38,551 nucleotides of DNA from Octopus bimaculoides. Its lineage: Eukaryota. This document shows, in pieces, positions 32,590-38,551 of this stretch (its first letter is position 1; each line of letters starts with the position of its first letter). Location: assembly GCF_001194135.2 (NCBI RefSeq), contig NC_068991.1, positions 26,026,956 through 26,065,506 on the forward strand. The letters run 5' to 3'. The translations under genes and the position numbers were made by a program. Under the pieces are notes generated by a model. That model ran no database searches and had not been told where the DNA came from. It saw only the letters and a program-made list of their open reading frames with translations.

Positions 32590-33334
32590 AATTTATTAAT
32601 GAGGGTAGAAATTGATATTAATCAATTAAAACCAGTGGTCTAGCATATTAAAAAAATCCGAAGATTAAAATTATATTACATACAAAAATAAGAGGAATTA
32701 CCAGTAAATGTGGACGCCTATATGCTAGAAATAGATGCCAAATCATCTAACCACGAAAAAAATATGTTCTCAGTAAAAAATTTAGCGACACAACAGACTG
32801 TAAAAGGGCAAGACAAACGAAAAAATACTAAATTAAAAACGATTAACCTACGTACCATGGTTTCACCTGTTAAAATTTACATAAGTAAATATCTGCAGGA
32901 TCGTCAGCGTAGTCTGTCGATTTGAAATATAATTCCCAGAACAAGACACGAGACGTCCACCCGAAACGGAGCACGTGTAGAGTTCTACATGTTACATTCA
33001 GTGTATCCTTTCAAATATCTTCAATGTGGCGCGCTAAGTCCGGAAATAGTTCTGCAGTTAATACATTTTTGCAGCTAATTTACCGGTTTGAGAACATCAT
33101 TATTTAAAATTTATTAATGAGGGTAGAAATTGATATTAATCAATTAAAACCAGTGGTCTAGCATATTAAAAAAATCCGAAGATTAAAATTATATTACATA
33201 CAAAAATAAGTCTGTTGTGTCGCTAAATCTTTTACTGAGAACATTTTTTTCGTGGTTAGATGATTCGGTATCTATTTCTAGGATATAGGAGTCCACATTT
33301 GCTGGTCATTCCTCTTATTTTTGTATGTAATATA
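32590..33334. repeat. Compound unit: 103-bp exact direct repeat plus about 126-bp inverted repeat, flanked by (TA)n
   Basis: 32590-32692 is identical to 33108-33210. 32672-32799 matches the reverse complement of 33209-33334 with 7 substitutions and one 2-bp indel. Confidence 0.95.
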
Positions 33335-34204
33335 CATATATATATATATATATATATAATAACAAGATGAATATATGTGGAATTCCAGAAGCTCTTACTA
33401 CTTTGTAGAAGGGCTCTCATATATTTTGAAACATGTATAGGAATTAAAGGAACTTTTATTTATATGCGTTTTGCTCCATTTATTGTTATTATTCATACCT
33501 TCTCAAAATGTATCACTTTAACTTGGTATCTCTACCTATAAAACGGCTGTGATATCTTGTCTTTTTAGTGTAATTTTGCTACCTCTGGTAACTATTAACA
33601 TATTTACATTGTGGAAGGTTTTTTTTAAAACTGAGATAATATTAATATATGCATAAACTTATATATATAATTCTTACCACTCCTTAGGATATTGCCCTTC
33701 CATTTCCTTTTTATTTTATTTCTTTCTCTCATGCTTGATTTACCCCTAACTTGCTGTCCACCACTACTTAACCTGCCTCCTCTAAATTTGAAATTACTAC
33801 TATCCCTCCAATTAGATTATAAATTCTTGTTTGATTCACTTGTCTGTGAAACAGCAGCATAGTGGAGATGTGTTTTCTTCTCTTACTCTTATTTTTTGCA
33901 AGCATCTTCAAAATGACTTTCTAAAATGAAATTCCTTTATACAGCTGAGGAGTACGTTTTCATTGTATTTTCTGTAGTGTTCTCACTACATGAATAAATG
34001 GAACTTGTACGAAACGTACGTACTGCTATAACCTATTGAATTTTTGTTGCTTAACTTCAAATTTTATTCACCAAATCTCTTGATTTTGTTTTTGGTTTTT
34101 ATCCTACCAAATTCTGGTGCCTCAAACATTTTAAGTACCACATTTAATCTTTTAATTAAATCTATATTATTATTATTCTAAACTTATATATATATATATA
34201 TAAT

Positions 34205-34305
34205 CAAATTAAAACATAGGGTAAAAATCAGATATTAATTAATATCGATTTATTACCAGGAAGCTAGCACATTGAAAGAATCCGAGAGATTCAGAAAAAA
34301 ATATA
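34205..34305 (+). repeat. Diverged relative of the 32590-32692 repeat
   Basis: AGGGTAAAAATCAGATATTAATT..ACCAGGAAGCTAGCACATTGAAAGAATCCGAGAGATT versus AGGGTAGAAATTGATATTAATC..ACCAGTGGTCTAGCATATTAAAAAAATCCGAAGATT. Confidence 0.65.
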
Positions 34306-34370
34306 TATACATATGTGTGTGTGTGGGTATGTATAAATTGATAGTTAGATAAATAGATTGATAGATAGAT

Positions 34371-34508
34371 TCATACATGCATACATACATACATACAAAC
34401 CTACATACATACATACATACAAACCTACATACATACATACACACATACATACATACATACATACATACATACTAACCTACATACATACATACATACATAC
34501 ATACATAC
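34371..34508. repeat. (TACA)n microsatellite with AACC variant units
   Basis: Direct reading. Confidence 0.96.
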
Positions 34509-35772
34509 GTAAAATAGATGAATGGAGTTATCTAGGAGACATTGAGAACTGAATTATAGGTACTTTTAGAAATAATTTATCAGATTTGTTCTAAATTATT
34601 CCCCAAACATTTTACCGAACCCTTACAATTGAATCAGAGTTGAAAATTGGTTTGCTATGTAGTCATAAGATAACTGTTGAATTAAAGCCTATATGATGCT
34701 CACTGGCACCGTTTGATGTTATTGCGCAGCATAGTGTATTTTTTGTATATTGTATCTGTGATAAAATTTGTATCTCTGACAAACTGGAATAATAGAAATA
34801 TTGATTACTTTTGTTCGAGGGTGTCAAATATGTAAGCCTCCCTTCACATAGAATTATTCGAAAGGGCTAAAGAACGCCGCCTACACAGAGAATGCTTGTT
34901 GATTTGGAAGTAAAACCCATTGTCTTGTGCAAACATTCAATCTTCAAAACCGTTTTTCTAAGAAATGTAAGATGACTAGTATATATTTATTCATTCATAG
35001 AATACCATTTCTATAATTCTTAAATAATGGACTTACTATTCAGGATTTGAGTGAAAAGAAATTTATTTCTGAGTAATAATAACATATCTACTATATAGTA
35101 GTAGGTCTTGATAGAAATAAGAAACAAATCTTTCTAAGAGATTCTGCCCTCTTGAAAGACATGTGACAAATTAGGTAATGTAATTAATGGTATAAATACA
35201 AATTGCACTCACGACCGTGATGTACAACTTTCACATGGTATGACCTCAGGTTAAGCACGAACAAATGCATATCTTAGACGTGGTTTATTAAACTATATTT
35301 GGGTTTGCTTTTGGTACCACTAAACAAACTATGTCATCAAATCTCAATTGGCCAGTTACTAATATGTGCGGCGAATATACTGACAAATTTACAATGGATA
35401 GATTGTGATATTTATCAAATGAAAGTATATCGATTTGCTTTGTCGATACAGTGTTATCAGCATGATGTTATGATCCGCATGTTTGAGTATTTACATTAAT
35501 ACTGGCTGTATCTAAAATAGAAACCAAACTTCATGTATGAAATACAAAATATAAAACTGAACAGAGAGGTTGAACGCTCAAGCAACTGTTTATTTCAGTC
35601 AACAACTCCACTACGAACACTGTTCTTCTGTCTAAATAAGTACTAAACATATTTGTCTAAATTACAAGAAATCATGATGCGCAGCAAATGGTTCGATGGA
35701 AAGAGGTGGCTATTAATGTAACATATCATAAATGGGAGGTTAGAGTAAAGATTAAAAATATCAAAACACGAG

Positions 35773-35773
<1 letters not shown>

Positions 35774-35821
<48 letters not shown>

Positions 35822-35870
35822 GTTGTTGTTGTTGTTGTTGTTGTTGTTATTAGTAATAGTATTATTATTT
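35774..35870. repeat. Compound (TTA)n(TTG)n microsatellite
   Basis: Direct reading. Confidence 0.96.
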
Positions 35871-37075
35871 AGATGTTAATATATAAAATATGTAGGTTTT
35901 AACCAGGTCTAGTGACCCGTTCATTTGCAAATGTTATTTAAGTCAATTTGATTTATATAAGAATTGACGAGGAAGCAATCAAATTATTTATTACTAATTC
36001 TATAGGAAAATGGTAGCATCGGGTTTATATGTTTATATCGACTACTAATTCCTTACATCTGTCTGCCGTTATTTAAACGTTACACGTCACGCAATTTTGA
36101 CCAGCGGAACACATCTCACGAAAGTAATGGACGACTTCAAATACCAGTAATGGAAACAACGAAAACAAAAATCTGTGTTTCACATTTCAACGGCATCGTT
36201 CTATTCACTAATATTTCTATTTTGAAACAAGTGATTTTATTACACATTAATTACTTTTTTATGTGCGCTTTCATAAAAGTTTAGTTCCACAAGAGAGTCT
36301 GTATGAAAATAAAGACTATACAGTCAATAGCCTTTCAAATATCATTCTGTGTTCTTTTCTTTTCCTTTCCATTTCCTAATCTCTCTATAATATCATTTCC
36401 CACAATAATAAAAAAAAGTCACATAAATGTTTCTGATATAGAGGTATTGACACTGAAATTCCATTCGTTAGGTTATTTTTAAACCGTTAAATATCTTTTC
36501 GGACAAGAAGAGTATTAACACAAGAGGAACCAAGAGAATATACTTTTCTAACATAAATCACGCCAGATATCTTTAGCAGCGCCATGGGTACAAAATGAAA
36601 TACTTTTGATTATTTTTGTGTTTGAAATTGTCCTCAGCAATGTAAAGCACATACTGCTTAGTATTTACTATTAATTCCTACTAGATTCATTCTTTTTCAC
36701 TTTCGAGTACCATCAATGTACAAATTAAAACTTCGACGTGGTATTACAATTCGGGTCTCACATCTACATTTTCTATGTTTCAGTAAAATATAGTAGGTGT
36801 CATGATACATGCTAAATATTATTAGCATACAATAATAACAACAATTATTCAGAGCAGTCTTAATAGTTTTTGGCCTTTAAGAAATTAGAATATAAAATTC
36901 ATTCTCATGAAACATAACAACAATGTTTACTTATATACCAGAAATATTTCCAGGTAGAGATATATAAATACACAATATACCTGCTGCATATATATTTGTA
37001 TATTGCATAGACATTTCATTTACAACGGCTATATGTAAAGAAACGCATGGAATGCATGAGTAAGTCCGGTCACGA

Positions 37076-37270
37076 TACTCATTTACTCTTTTACACGTTT
37101 CAGTCTATTCACTGAGGTCATGCTGAGGTACCATCTTTCGTCGAAGAAACTGACCCTAAGACATATTCTTTGGAAGCCCAGTAATTGTGCTATCGGACTC
37201 TTTTACTGAACCGCTAAGTTTCGGGGGCATAAACACACCAACATCGGTTGTGGACGCAGACACACACACA
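37076..37270 (-). mobile_element. SINE family A, decayed 3' portion
   Basis: TTTACTCTTTTACACGTTTCAGTC..CATGCTGAGGTACC..GAACCGCTAAGTTTCGGGGGCATAAACACACCAACATCGGTTG. Confidence 0.8.
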
Positions 37271-37284
37271 TAAATATATAAACA

Positions 37285-38400
37285 TATTAGGATTAGCTTT
37301 TCTAATACAAAAAAATCGTCCACAAATTGTCTTCACATAATATTAGTCTGTTACATAAGAATCCAATTACTGAAAATAATAACATTAATTTAGCTGATAC
37401 TAACCATCCTCCTAGAAATATTAACAACAAGAATATTGTCTCTGAAGTCAATTCCAACAGAATTAAGTTTATGCCTAGTAATTGTAAGATTAAAAACTTT
37501 ATATACTAGTGTATAATTATTTCTGGAGCCGATGTATTTTTTATATAGGTAGTTCTTCTTCTCAGTTATCTAAAAGAATTTTTCATCATTACTCTACATT
37601 TAGGGTTAGTAACAAACGCAACAGTACAGGGCTTTGGTATCTAAAAGACTATAATAAACAATTTAATTTAGATTGGTTGATTCTCTCCATTTCATCCCCA
37701 TACGATAAAGGCAAAGAATACTGCCAACTCTGTAATAGTGAAATACTGCATATTCTATTTTCTAAGAATCCCATTGTAAGCACGTTTTAGAGCGTGCTTA
37801 TTGATGTAAACATGGCAGAAACATACCTTTAGTTCATATAAGTGGTATCTACCATTCTATATAATTTGAACATTGATTTTCTTCTTACATTTCACTTCCA
37901 CTAGATATCTTTATTTCCAAGCCTTTAAGATTTTATTTTAATTCAAATATCACTCTATATTTACCCTTTATTAGTTTTCTGCTTAATTGTTTCCTTTACC
38001 CCTTCGCTTTCTATAGACTACCTTGACGTCATATCTTCCATCGGTTCTTTTAAAAAAACTTAATAGCGTTCCGTTCATCATTATACACATCCATCACATT
38101 CTGTTAAAATGACTTATTGATGAGTTTGGTTTCTTTCTTTCCCCGGTGAGAAGATTGCATTGCTTGACACCATTTTATTCCTTTTTGAATAATAGCAATG
38201 TTGTCTTCAAAACATATGTCGGAAGTAAAATAATTTAAATAACACCTGCGTTTAACTCCATTTATTTATTTATTCATTTATATATATTATACAAAATATT
38301 TCACATAAACCCGGAGGTTCTACCTTTACAAGCAAGGTGTTACGTCCTTATTACTTGTGTGATTTTTTGCAACCCTGGTACTGTTTACTTATTTTTCTGC
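37285..38400 (+). mobile_element. Penelope-like element 3' end: GIY-YIG endonuclease pseudogene (37285-37860) plus putative pLTR
   Basis: IRISFSNTK../SSHN..MPSNCKIKNFIY*CIII/FYIGSSSSQLSKRIFHHYSTF..NSTGLWYLKD..LDWLILS..YCQLCNSEILHILFSK..CKH. The downstream pyrimidine-rich UTR contains a hammerhead fold. The right boundary is approximate. Confidence 0.85.
38138..38225 (+). ncRNA. Degenerate type-I hammerhead ribozyme in the putative pLTR
   Basis: TTTCC CCGGTGA GAAGATTGCATTGCT-(29 nt)-AGCAATGTTGTCTTC AAAA CATATG TC|GGAAG. Stem I has 5 bp, stem II has 14 of 15 pairs, stem III contains the palindrome ACATATGT, and the cleavage triplet is GUC. U4 is replaced by C, A6 by G and G12 by A. Confidence 0.72.
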
Positions 38401-38436
38401 TTTAATTGTAAACAAGGGAAAATACACACCTCCATT

Positions 38437-38463
38437 TACACACACACACACACACACTCACGC

Positions 38464-38548
<85 letters not shown>

Positions 38549-38551
38549 CAC
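38437..38551. repeat. (CA)n/(TA)n microsatellite
   Basis: Direct reading. Confidence 0.97.

Noticed and set aside
33395-33440. TTGTAGA...GAAACATGTA hammerhead-like match
   Set aside because: Two core changes and no credible stems. At most a remote relic.

Overview
AT-rich, microsatellite-dense eukaryotic (animal) genomic DNA from a gapped draft assembly with six N-gaps. The repeat families look like those of octopus/coleoid cephalopod genomes; this is my inference and was not searched. I cannot support any intact host gene. The supplied ORFs are transposon remnants, microsatellite read-throughs or N-gap artefacts. Elements present: an internally deleted mariner with intact 31-bp TIRs, two decayed Penelope-like elements (RT plus GIY-YIG), three fragments of an R4/Dong-type (RLE) LINE, a Mag-type Gypsy gag-protease fragment with PBS and probable LTR, about 15 tRNA-derived SINE copies of three families (several with clear TSDs), a hairpin MITE and a Helitron-like end. 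The most notable signal is a set of near-complete type-I hammerhead ribozyme folds. Two lie on opposite arms of a 360-bp foldback (2345-2704) with complementary defects, one lies antisense at the 5' junction of a Penelope-like element (5851-5962), and one lies in sense downstream of a GIY-YIG ORF (38138-38225). Each carries one to three substitutions in the catalytic core, so these copies are probably inactive relics of a Penelope/retrozyme-like system. All folds and alignments were done by eye.
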